DNA from: Geosiphon pyriformis uo1
Taxonomy: Eukaryota; Fungi; Glomeromycota
Direction of reading: 5' to 3'
Assembly (NCBI GenBank): GCA_016748015.1
Contig: JAAOMT010000201.1
Span: 318,224-382,223 of the forward strand
Length of the DNA stretch: 64,000 nucleotides
Shown here: piece after piece, positions 11,687 to 24,260 of the stretch
How positions within the stretch are numbered: the first letter of the stretch is position 1
Layout of the letters: each line of letters starts with the position of its first letter
Program-made: the position numbers and the translations under genes
Notes under the pieces: generated by a model
What the model was told of the DNA's origin: nothing
The model's input: the letters and a program-made list of their open reading frames with translations, nothing else
Databases searched by the model: none

Positions 11687-14600
11687 ATTGAAAAAGTTTT
11701 ATCATTTTTGTGTCATTTTTTGGGTGGTATATATACTTGAATTTCCCAATTTAATTTGCTATGTGTTGTCTATGTTTCAATGACAATAATTGGTTCCAGA
11801 TCTTGTGATATATCTTCTGGTCTGATTAATGGAATTTGTGTTCCTAGTTGATGTACTGATAACGATGACTGTTGTTTTATATGATAAATTTTTAATCAAT
11901 TCTCATAAGCTACTTTTTTTAAAATTCTGTCTTCCAATTGTAATTTGTAAGCTCCATTTCCTAAAGCTTTGTGTATGTAAAATGGGCTGTTCCACTTTGG
12001 GTCAAACTTTCTGCTCTATTGTTTTTTTGCTTATGTACGATGTAATAGTACTTGGTCTCCAATTTTAAATTCTATTAGTTGTTTGGGTAGGCAATCATCA
12101 TGTCTTTTTTTTTGTCATTTTTGAGCATTACTAATATTGTCAACTGCTGTTCTATGATTGTTTTCTAATATTTTTATTAGCTGGTATGTTCTTTGGTATA
12201 AGATAGCTTCAAAATTCTCTTTGTTGATTGTTTCTGTTGGGTATGATGATATCACTTGTTCAATCAGTAATGTAGTTTTTTTTCTATAGACTAATTCGAA
12301 TGGTGTAAACTGTGTCATATTTTGCTTTAATGTTTGATATGCAAAGAGTACAGAAAGTATGAATAAGTCCCATTTTTGTTTATTTTCATAACTTATTTTT
12401 GCTAATGTTTCACATAATGTCCTGTTAAACTGTTCTATCAGCTCATTTATTTATGGGTAATATGATGATGATAGAGGTTATTTTATACCAAAATGTTGAC
12501 TTAATTCAGTTAATGTAATATTGACAAAATGTGTTTCTTGGTCCAATAACAATTCTTTTGGACATCCATGTCTGCATATTAGATCTTGGTGTATAAATTT
12601 GGCTATTGTTTTGGCATCAGCTACTTGGATTGCTCTGGCTTCTGGCCATTTTGTAAGATAGTCTATGGCTATCGCAATGTAACAATTTCTTTTGAATGTA
12701 ATCAAGAGAGGACCAACCAAATTGATTCCAATTCTATCAAATAAATTTCCAACTGGAATGAGTCGAAGTGGTTCTGTTATTTTGGCTCCTCCTCTTTGCT
12801 GGCATGAATCACAATTGAGAACATATTCGAAGATATTCTTATACATCATAGGCCAATAGTATAGATTTTGTTGTTTTTTCCAGAGTTGCGTTTTTGTTGA
12901 AGTGTTCTGCAGTTGGGTCAGAATGCATACTATATAATATAGCTTCTTTTTCACTGTTCTTGATCAATTGTTGTGGGGTGATGTGGTTTCATCATTCTTA
13001 ATAATAGAGTTGGTTATTTTGAATAAAGTAATTTTGTACTTGTTTTTGTATGATATTTTGTTCCTGTTGAGATAATGTCTTCTTGAAACTTAGTGTCAAT
13101 AGGTACTAATGTAATTGCTGATAAGTAAGTGTGTTCATGGGTCCAAGATTAGATTTGTGGCATTCTTAACAAACTGTTAGCATTGGTGTTCTTGGATCCT
13201 TCCTTGTAATGGACTTTGAGTGGGAATTGTTGCAGATAAATACTTCATCTCACATATTTTCCTTTCAGCTATGGATTATTGAGTAACCAGATGAGTCCTT
13301 TATAATTGGTATATAGGTCAAATAGTTGCCTAAAATAGTGTTTCTATGTTTGTATGGCCCAATAAATGGTGAAGCATTCCAAATCCATTGTGCTATATAT
13401 TTTTTCTGCTGGGCTGGTACTGTGACTGGTGTAGACAATTGGATGTTCTTTTCTGTCTGGTCTTATTTGTGATAATACAGCTCCTAGTGCATTTTTTGAT
13501 ACATCTGTAGTGACAATAAATTATTTGGTGAAGTCGGAATAGATCAGTATTGGAGATGTGATTAATCACTGTTTAAGATAGTCAAAGGCTTTTTGTTGCT
13601 CTTCTTTTCACAGGTACAGCACATATTTGGACAACAAGTAATGAAAGGATTTTGTGATAGTTGAGAATTCTTTGACAAATTGGCAGTAGTATCCAGCCAA
13701 TCTTAAAAATTCTTATAGCTCTTGTAGGTTGATTGGGGCTTGAAAATTCTTGACTTTTTGGATTTTGTCTGGATTAGGTTTTACTCCATTTTTTCTGATT
13801 ATGTGTTCTAAAAATTTCAGTTTGGTTTTCCCAAAAAAGCATTTATCAGGGTTGAGTTTCAATCTGGCTCTTCAAAGGCATTCAAAGACTTGTTGCAAGT
13901 AGAGCAAATGTTCATTAAATATTTCCGAAAAGACATTGGTGTCATTCAAGTATACTACAACTGATTTCCACAAGATTCCTTTATACATGACATCCATGAG
14001 ACATTGGAAGATAGCAAGAGCATTGTACAGTCCGAAAGACATTATGTTGAATTCAAAATTTCTGTCTTGGGTGATGAATGCCATTTTTCCTTTGTCTTTT
14101 GGGTCCATTTCAACTTGCCAATATCCACTGGCTAGATCTAGTAACAAGAACTATTTTTTCTTTCCTAAGTTGTTTAGGATTTCTTAAATAAGAGAAGTGG
14201 AATAGCTATCTCTTTGGGTAATGCTATTTAATTTCTGGTAATCCATACAGAACCATACCTTTCCATTCTTTTTTGTGACTAAAACCACTGAAAAGGACCA
14301 AAAGCTTAATGATTTTTTAATCAGTTCATTGTCAAGCATTTATTGTACCTCCTGCTTAATCAGATTATTACCAAATGAGGGTACTTGGTAAGCTTGCTGC
14401 TTAATAAGTCAAGTATTTCCAGTGTCAATTTGGTGTTTCACAATGTCAGTGTATCCGAATTCATTTTTGCTGACAAAGATATTGGCATATTGGTTCAATA
14501 GAATCTTAAGTTGCATTTGTTGTAAAGTGCTCAGGTTTCCCAAATTAAGTTTATTGATTTCTTCCAGTGTAAACAAGTAGCTTTCCTTTGGCAGGTTTTA

Positions 14601-14974
14601 TACTTGTGAGGTAATGTCACAAAACAAGAATAATTGAGTAAAATCTGGAATGAGCTGGGGTTTTTCTGGATTCTAAATATCTGAAGATATGGAACCAACA
14701 AGAGTTCTCTCAGGAATTTCAATAATGTTTTTGGTTGGATTGTGGATGAGGATTTTGAAGTATTTATAAGCTTTGGTGAGTAAGTACAGGTTAGCAACAT
14801 TGGCTAACAAGCAGATTTCAGAATTGGTCTTGAAGATTAGTGCTTGGTTCTGAATCCTTCAGTTGACTTTGAGAATGTACTGCTGATAAAAAGGGATAGA
14901 AATGATAGTGTCAGTGTAAATAAGTTCTACTTAGTTACTATCCTCCTTCATAAAATTGACCATTATGTTTTCTC

Positions 14975-15370
14975 TTCCACTTGAGCCAAACTCATTGATT
15001 CCTTGGATAATAAAGTCTAATTCTTCTTGGGTGGTAACTGGGGCTAGTTGAGGTATTTTGACTAAAGATAGAAAAATGGCTTGGACAATTTTTTTGTGAA
15101 ATTCGATCTTGTAGGGTTTGTCTGAATTATTCTGTAGCATCATGATAATGTTTTCCATATATTCAGCATCAATAATTCCTCCCTTTACATTGATTCCTTT
15201 CTTTGCAAGGCTTGATCTAGACACTACTTGTATCATGATGCTAACAGAAATTTTTAATGCTATTTTGAAATCTATTTTTACTAGAAAATATGGACTATAA
15301 CTATAGGTGACTGTTCAGGGTATTTTAAGTCAAAATCTGCATCAGTTTCATGCACTTTTTCTGGGCATAT
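14975..15370 (-). pseudogene. dUTPase domain inside pol of element A
   Basis: Motifs ADFDL, SRSSLAKKG, GGIIDAEY, KIVQAI and QGINEFGSSG correspond to dUTPase motifs I-V. Confidence 0.88.
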
Positions 15371-18300
15371 TTCTTCGTTGTTGTCACTGTATCATTTTAA
15401 TTTTAATTCTTTGGAGAGGTCGGAGTATGCAAAGTATTATTCTATTTCAGTAGTCTGATTTGGCTCTTGAAATAACATGTTCTTGGCGAGTAATTTCTCT
15501 TCTTCCTTGGGCTTAGGTAATTTGGTGATTAGATATAGGATTCTGGAAGGCAGGTTGAACATGAGATTACACTTGTCGCAGTATTGAAAGTGACAAGGAA
15601 TTAAGCAGTGATTGCATAGTTTGGTATTTAGATCAGCTAGCCACTGTTCTTGCTCTTTTCGGGTTGGGACCAATTCCTAATATTAGCTCTGAAATGCATT
15701 GGAATCATCTGTGAAAAAATCATTTGCAGGGTAGTTGGGTCCATTATATTTGGGTGTTCAAGGGTTGTCTTTAATTTCTTGTATTTCTTTGGGCATGGCA
15801 TCTTTGGCTTTGGTGCTTGTCATTCTCCAGATTTTGTGGTTATCATGTGGATAACCATCCAGCCTATTGAGAGCTTATTTCCAAGCATCCTCGATGGAAG
15901 TTCCTTTTCATACCCAATTGTTGATTAATATGATGTACTGACAAGCCTCGTTGTATGTTCTTCCTCTACCAGGCACATCATTCCAGAGTCTTTTATTAGA
16001 CAAGATCTTGCCACATGTGAAACACAGCATGTTGTCCCACTTGCCTTGTCATTTTGGTCATCTAAATTTTTCCAGTAAACAAATTTGCAGTAATATTTGG
16101 TGGTGGTGGACCATTCTTCATTGTCTTCAATACATGTGCCCATAGTGGATAGCTTTTTTCCACAATCAACATATATTAGTTTTAGAGGTTAGTAAAATAG
16201 ATTTTTTTGGTCCAAGATTATGTATCCTAGTAATAGCAATTTGGGTTTTTCTTCGGCTTTGTCTTTTTTTTTTTCTTCCCAGATTGGTAGTAGGAGTAGT
16301 TCAGTTTGATAATCATCTGCTCATGAAACCTGATAGATCTCAATAGTTGATAGTGGTGGTGTGTCTTCAAATTCAATAAAGAGTTCCTCAGTATATTGGG
16401 TTTTAAAGTGTTCATACATAGCTGGAATTCGGGCATGCTGTCTGTTGAACATGAGTTGAAGTTCTTGGGTGTTCTAATTGAGTGTAGTATTGGTTTTTAA
16501 CAACCAATCATTTTCTACTAGTGCTTGGTATTAAGTAGCTTCTATAACAAGTACTTTGATAGAGATCTAAATTTCATTAATCTTGAAGAGAAAGTTGTCA
16601 ATTTTTCCTATCAGGGTTTTTGTGTTTCCATCCACCATAATGATCCAGATAGTAGCAGCATGGTTTATTTGACAATCTAATTAGTCCATGAGTTGCTTCG
16701 TGATTATGCTACTGGCTGATCTGTTATTCAAGATTAATTTAATGTCTATTCCTCCAACTCTGACATTAGTGTATAGGGTCATTATTGGTTTATTCTGATT
16801 GATAACTGCTCTACTAAAAAGGCTATGAGTGTTCAAATTATTAATATCAAAAGAAAAAATGACAGCTAAGGTGGTGTTCTCAATAATAGTGGCCAGTGAG
16901 ATATTGTTTTTTGTTTGCTTGGAAGATTGGGAGATTTGCTCTACATCCTTTTTTTCCACAGATGTAAATTTATCAAAACCCTGGTTTTCCATGAGACCGA
17001 GATAGAAAGCTTGATTCAGATATCTGGTTGGTGCTGGTTGAGATTGAGCAGGACTACAAGGGATTGGTCAAGACAGTTCACTGCTGGTTTGCGCCTGATT
17101 GTTGTTGGAATTTCTCCATCCCTGATTATAGTCTATAGCTTGAGGTCTGGGCTGACTGTAAAAGGAAGGTTGATAGTAAGGGATTGCTTGTGTCATTGGT
17201 GGTGGTTGATAATAATTCTGGGGCGGTAGTTGAGTGTACGGGACTTGTTGTGCATATAGGAGCAGTTGATTCTAAGGTATAAAATATTGGGGTATTATGT
17301 TTTACTGATATTTGGGTTGCTGGTATGGGTTTTCTTGATTTTGGTCTATGATCTTCCTTCTGCAGTCACGGGCAATGTGTCCAGGTTTCTGGCAGTAGTA
17401 ACAGTTATGGGGATCAAATCTTCAAAGTTGTTACTGTTGCTGATAGTTCTGTTGCTGTGGATATCTGCTGTTGTTGTTATTTTCTTTTCGTTGTGGTAAT
17501 TGGTAAGTTTCTGTGGTTCTGGCTAAGAATTCTCAATTTTCTGAGTTAATTTTTTACTTAATTGGGTTATCTTTGCATCAATGTTAGTGGTTTTATTGAT
17601 GGCTAAGTTAATGACTTAAGTATAGTTTACTTCTTGTTCAGCTGACTCAAAATCACAAGTGAGAGTGACTGCTTCTTGTAGGTTTGCCAGATGGTGAGAT
17701 CATATGAATCTTAGAAGGCTGCTCCTTAGTTCTTTAATGAATTGATTGAGAACTTGCATGGTGGTATAATAATTCTGCTCAATGGCTAAGATTTGTCGAA
17801 AAACCTGATTGAATCTTCCGAAATAAGTAGTTACTGCTTCATGGTCATTTTGTTTAATTATACTGAATTGATTTTGCAACTGGATAAGTGTATTAGGGTC
17901 ACAGAAGTATTGCAGAAATGTGAGTTTAAACTCTGTAAAGGAGGTAGGCTTCTCTGCAAAGCTCTGGTATCACGAATTGGCAGTTCCAGTTAAAAAAAAT
18001 GGCAGTGCCTGAATTGTATGGTCATTATCCTAACTGTTAGTGGTAATTGTTTTCTTAGCATCCACGATTCAAGAATATGCATTATCTTCTTCATCCGAGA
18101 ATTTCTCCAATTTAGCGATATCCTGGTAAGCCATGATCCGGTTAATGGGTAGGGTGTTATTAGTTACATTTAAGGGGATTGGTGTCTGCGTATTCAAGTG
18201 TTCTCTGGGTGCTAATGCTGGTTGTTTTTCTTTGTCACTTAAACCAATAGATTGTAAAATAGCTGTTTTTTTTATTAGGAGAAATGCTGATTCTGTTGGG

Positions 18301-18999
18301 TTTTGTGCTGGTGGTTGTTTCTAAATTGATGTGTTTCTTTCTGTTTGACTGGCTGTTGGGATAAGATTTCCAAACAGCAATTCATATTCTTCTAGTGATT
18401 TGGTCCAACTGTGTTGACCCCAAGGGTGTGAATTTCCAGAAGTACATGGTGTTTCCAACTGGGTTTTTGGGTGTGAGTTGAATACAATTCTACTTTGGGG
18501 TGTCTGATGGTATGAAGAAGTTGTTGGTGAGAGGATTCTTGGTTTCTTGTTGACTGTAGACTTGTCTTGGACAGTTGTAAGATTATTGGATCTGTACTTG
18601 TATTCCTTCAGATTGGATTCTACTGGTTGTTGTATTTGAGAGAATTGGTTTGTCACATAGTGTTTAATATCTGAATTGACTATGTATAGAGTTTCAGCAA
18701 TTGCTTGAGTAATGGTAGTTGTTGAGTACTCTAGTAAGCTTTGATGAATTTGTTCTCCAAGTTTTTCTGTATCAGTTGTGCAGCCTAACAAACAGTTGAT
18801 TTTTGTGTTGATATAGTTGCAAAAGTCACTTTTTGTGATGGTGGTTTCTGCTGGTATTCCTAGATTTTTTCAAAAGTATTGAAATAATGCTCTTCCATAT
18901 GGGGAGTAATTCTTTCCTATTGTTCCAATAGTCACCATTTTTGTGTATCTCTGGGGTGCTCTGTCTTTGTGGATTTATAACCTTACAGGGAGCACTAAA

Positions 19000-20003
19000 T
19001 GTTATGGGTAAACTTGGTGAGATATAGTGATAATATTTGGTGCTCTATTTTTAGGTCTATCAAGGTTGTTTGCTCTTTCTGCAATGTCAATGTTATCAGT
19101 CTTTGAAGATCTATTCCTGGCTGTGAATTTACTCATTGAGTCCTTTGGTTATAAGACACAGAGTTTGTCTTTTATCAATTGCAACGTTTTCTGTAAATGT
19201 GAACTTTCTTCTTCATACTAACAAGCGCAGTTATTAGGGTCCAGTATTGTCTTTTCACCCTTCTGGTAAGCTACCAAGATAACATTAATATCCAAAACTT
19301 AGGAGGAGCTTCTCTCTTTTACCAGGCTATCACAAAGTCTATTCCAAAACAGTCGATTTTTCTATATTGCCACTCTGAACAAAAGAAAAAAAAAAAAAAT
19401 AAAGAAAAAAAAATAAAAGAAAAAAAAAATTAGTTTCTATTAATTGCTATGATCAAGAACAATTGGTCCAAATTGTTAAGGGTTTGAGGTGTTTATGCTA
19501 ATGGTATTTGTTCTGGAACAAGATAGGAAATACTAATTTTAATTTTCAATTAAAATCTGTAATATTGAAAAACATGAATTGGTAATTTGGATTTTTTTTT
19601 GGTTTTTGATAATTAGTGTATTTCGAATTATGGATATATGATAAGTGTAATACAAAGTAAATTTTATTGCTAATTAACTATCTAACTAACTGTTTTTTCA
19701 ACTTCTACAATTACTTGCTTTTATACATTCTTTTGGTTTTACAGGATTGCTTTCAATTGTTTTACTATTGCTAGTTATTATTTGTTATTACTAGCTATTG
19801 CTCGTTATTGCTAGTTATTGCTCACATTTGCTAGCTATTGTTTGCGTTTGCTAGCTATTGTTCATGTTTGCTAGCTATTGCTTACGTTTGCTAGCTATTG
19901 CTCACATTTATCCTGTGTTATTTCGAGTTGTACTGCATTTTTTTTGTCACATTTTTTTGTTACATTTTTTCATAGCTTTTTGGTTTTTTCTACTTGGGTA
20001 ATA
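19000..20003 (-). repeat. 5' LTR of element A (1004 bp), with an expanded ~20-bp tandem array at about 19765-19910
   Basis: Direct repeat of 10025-10931. TGCTAGCTATTGCTC-type units are more numerous than in the other LTR. Confidence 0.93.
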
Positions 20004-23000
20004 GCATGAGTATTTATGATCCCCAAGCCATATGACTGGGATAAGATTCTAACTAACACCAGACTAATTGCACTAATTAAAACCACAAGGAAGATTCTGT
20101 TCAAGGTTTTGTCAGATTGCATTTTATTTGTGTGTAGCAAGTTTGGCATTCTGCATGGTGACAACTTTTTGGTCTTAAAAGACACTTCAACTCAGTTTTC
20201 CATTTTTGCTGTTGGCTTAATTGTCAAAGATGCTTTAAAAAAAGATCATAAAATTTGGTTGGTCTTACAGGATATGTGGAAAGCATATGATTCAGTTGAT
20301 TGGCATCATTTTAGGTCCAATTTAGAGTGCATCAAAATGTGTGGCGACTTTATAAAGTTTTTTGGCAATATTTATAATAACTAGGTTAATAGAATTATGA
20401 CTGATTTTGGTCTTTCAGATGGATATGTGGTCTACAATGGGTTGGATTAGAGTAAAATTTTCTCTCCACTTCTGTGGAGAATTTTTTACAATTCTTTGTT
20501 GTGTAAGGTCAAAAAGCAAGAACATTTATATAAATATAGGATTATTTCAAATTTTGTTGTGAAATCTGGCAGAATTGAGTCTAGTGGTAGTAAATCTTCT
20601 TTTTTGTGGCTGGTGATTTTGTTAATAATACAATTTGGATAGAGAATAGTCAGGCATCAACACAGTACATTTTGGATATTGTGAATGAGTTTTTTGAGAT
20701 TAATGACATCTTAATAAACAATGACAAAACTGTGGCCATTCCTATTAATCCAAGAATAGCTAATGCTTCTTTGTACATCAATAGTAGACCTATCTCCATA
20801 GTAAAAAATGATGAGTCTTATAGATACCTGGATATTTTTTTGTTAACAGAGGGTCTGTTCAACCAAGTCTTGCTAAGACTTATGTAGATGTTAAATTCTT
20901 TTTGAATATGGTTCTTAGGAAGGCAGTGTCTGATAAACAGTGCTTTTATTTGGTTTCGGCAGTTCTCCAGCCTATTGTTTGTTATCATATGCAGTTCAGT
21001 TTTGTTTCTAAGAGTGTGTGCTAAAGGTGAAACGTTTTGATCAAAAAAAGTCTTAAGTTTAAGGCCATGTTGCTGAAAAACTTCTCCAATAAGGCTTTGC
21101 ATTATTCATTTTTGTATGGTCTGAAGTCATTTGAGCAGATGCAAGCTAAATTCAAGATTGCCTTGGTAATTGGTTTCTCAAATGCTTCTGGAATTTTTGG
21201 CTGATTGTTTGAACACCATGTTTTGGATTTACAGGTTTTGGGATGAATGCTCCATAATCCTTTGTACTATCCTGTCAAGTTAAAAGTTTGTCTATTAAAT
21301 AACTTCCTAACAGAAGTTGTAAGGATTTTTATTGATGTTGATGTTTCTTTGTCCAATTATGTGCTTTGTGCATTCCATAGTTCTGGCCACTTTCCAATGT
21401 CTGAGATTCTTAGAGCTGCCTCCTATTTTGATATGATGTATTTTTTGAAGCATTTTGGTATTGCCTTTGGAGATGTTTTGATTACCAAGCACAGTCAAGT
21501 TATGAATTAGAAAACTTTTCAGCATTGAAAGAGATTGAGCCCTAGGGGTCTGGTGCCAATCTGGTTTACTAAAGCTTTTGTGCATGTGAATGGTTGTTTG
21601 GCGAATCTTAGTAGAGATAAAGCTGTTTTGGACTATTTTAATTTTCTCTGTTTGAGTAATTACTTATGTATTTGTGAACATTTGCATGAAGTCTGGGCCA
21701 GAGAGCTGAACATATATACTGATGATTTATTGAGTGATTTGGATATGAAAGATGTGACTTGTGGGGCAGCAGCTTTTTTCTCTAAGATTAGTTTGGGTGT
21801 AGGTGTCAGAGTTCAGGGTTTGTTGTCTTTTACTTTAACAGAGCTACAGACAATTGCTTTAGCATTAAAATGTGTTCTCTTATCATGCTCTGTGATGCTT
21901 CACTCAAATAACCAAGCAGCTTTAGATGCTTGTGTACTGGAATGTGAATTGAGTTACCCTGATTTTCAGAATAGGTGCTGAGTGAAGAAGTGTTACATTG
22001 CTAATTAGATTAAATCAAAGGACATTTCAATAAGATGGGTTAAAATGAAGTGACATTTAGGCATAATAGGAAATAATTGTGCAGATGCTCTGGCTTATGC
22101 TGTAGTGCATTCAGATCTGGTTTTTTTAGCCAGAGTTTCTAATAGGTTTCTTGTAACAGATGGTTTAGTTGTTTCTGGTAATACTTGCCATTTTGTCCAT
22201 GATGTTTACTGTATTGTATGTTAGACAATGTAAAAAGCTGGGTCTAGTGCTAATGTTTTTGACAATTCAGCTATTTAAGGTGTTAACTGAGAATGTACTG
22301 CCTCTGTTTGGCATCTAAATACTTATATGTTGGTGGACTTTACTAATAAGAAGTTTATTCTGCATACTTATTTGATGAAGGCAGTACACAGAAGATTGCC
22401 AATGGCTGTTTATAAAAGACTTTATAACAAGAGTTACCTGAGTGTTTTATGTCTGATATGTGACAATATTGAATTTTTTGATCATGCTTTTATGTGTTTT
22501 GCAGATGTGGTTGTGCATTCTGAATTTGTCTCCAGTCATATTGATTTGTAGAAATCTCTAAAAGGTAATTGTTTCTCAGTATCTTCTTTGGTGCTCTTTA
22601 CTCTTACAGGTGTCTCTGATAATGGTATGTATACTATGTTGTGCAAGAAGTTTGTTTTTGTGAATTGGATTAAAAAAGCTGTTTCTGTTTTTGGCAACAG
22701 GAGAAAAGCTGTGTTAATTGTTGTTGGTTTTGTTCACCATTTGGCTAATAATCATTATAATAGAGCTTAAGTACTGAGATCTAAGTTCTAAGTTGATATG
22801 AAAAAGTATGGTTTGGTTTGTAATACAGATGAGGTCTTTGCTTCTTTCCATGGCTTGTTTGGTCTGCTGTCTGTGGGTGTAGTTTGTATGCTTGGGGTCT
22901 TGAAGTCTTTTACTATTAGCTTTGGTTTTAGAAAATGATGCTTGTTTTTTTCTGGCTTGGATAATGATAAAAAAGTTTTTGTGAGTGTATAGTGCTGTCT

Positions 23001-23127
23001 TAATGGGCTTGAGTGGCTTGTTATGTGTAGTAAGTACATAAACCACATTTAGTTTAATTCATTTCACTTTGTTTCTGTATGCTAAACAGTGGTTAAACTG
23101 CATTTGTTAAATAATAATAAAAAAATA
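20004..23127 (+). mobile_element. LINE-2, 3' part (RT, RNase H, 3' UTR, tail)
   Basis: MIPKPYDW, QDMWKAYDSV, IYTDD and ELQTIALAL motifs. 3' UTR homologous to 6120-6240, followed by TAATAATAAAAAAA. Confidence 0.92.
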
Positions 23128-23276
23128 ACAAAATTAAATATTTAATTAATATATATTTTATTATAATAATTGTATTTGAAAATTAATATTTAAGATTAAT
23201 AATATTAATTTTATTAATTGGGTAAAAAAAACTTAATGTTAATTATTATTAAATTATTATTAATTATCTTTTTTTA

Positions 23277-24260
23277 TTAATAAACCACAAGATTTCAATG
23301 CCTTCAAAGTGGAATTTCTAAGATACTTCAATAACAATAACAGCATCAATTGCCTAGTTAATGCATTTATCACCATAAAACAAGGAGAAACTAAAGCAGT
23401 CACCATTTACCTGGGACGCTTCTATCAAAACCTATGCCAAATTCAAGCAATTGATGCCAATTATTTCACAGCACCACAAATACTCAATCAGTTTATCCGT
23501 GGCTTGTGCAGCAGCATATTGCAACATGTACAGCCATTACATCTAGGTACCCTTCAAGACACAGTTACACGTGCCAGAGATTTTGAATCCGCCAAGTCAG
23601 AGACTAACTATGCCCAAGCCGTTAACCTAGTAATGAACGGATCATCTGAATTGGATTCTAAATTAGAGAAGTTCAGTAAATCAATTAATAAGAGATTGGA
23701 AAGATACTTAGCTGACAATCACACCATTTATCAGCCTCCACAACGATGCAATAATCAAGGAAATTCTAATTGTGGCCAAAATCAATTACATCCATCTTTA
23801 TCGACCAATCAACAGTGGCAATAGAAAACATGTATCTGCCACTATTGTGGTAAACAAGATCATATCCAAATTGACTGTCACCAGCATCTAAATAACCAAA
23901 GATCGGGAAATCAATATCGAAACCCCAATCACTGGTTCCAAACTCCAAATCATTATCCAAATCAGAGTTAAGACCAATATCAAAATAATTACCTGCCCAT
24001 GACGCAGCAACCAATCTATCAATCATCAGTATATTAACCTCTGATTCATTAGCCACAGCCACAAGTAATATATCAACCACAACCACAAATCATCTATTAA
24101 CTCCAACTAATTCAAATACCAACCCAGAACCCAGCTCAAATGACATCAGGCAACTCTCGATCCAGAGTCACTCAAAACTGGAAATTGGCGATGGTTGTTT
24201 ACCAACCAATCTCCAGTTCACTAAACCCACCATTAGGATCACGCATCTGGAATTTGGATA
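23277..24260 (+). mobile_element. Inverted gag fragment belonging to LTR element B
   Basis: Gag sequence with a CHYCGKQDHIQIDC knuckle, colinear with about 27724-28734 of element C. It begins exactly where the minus-strand gag of B breaks off. Confidence 0.85.

Larger units (their letters stand above)
10025..20003 (-). mobile_element. Ty3/gypsy LTR retrotransposon A, full length but inactivated: gag(CCHC), PR, Cys-rich module, dUTPase, RT, RNase H, integrase, ORF3
   Basis: LTRs at 10025-10931 and 19000-20003. 4-bp TSD GCAT at 10021-10024 and 20004-20007. PBS about 18982-18997, PPT 10932-10947. RT LDLASGYWQV and YLND; integrase IDYLTKWPEA and HGCPKELL.DQ. Confidence 0.95.
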
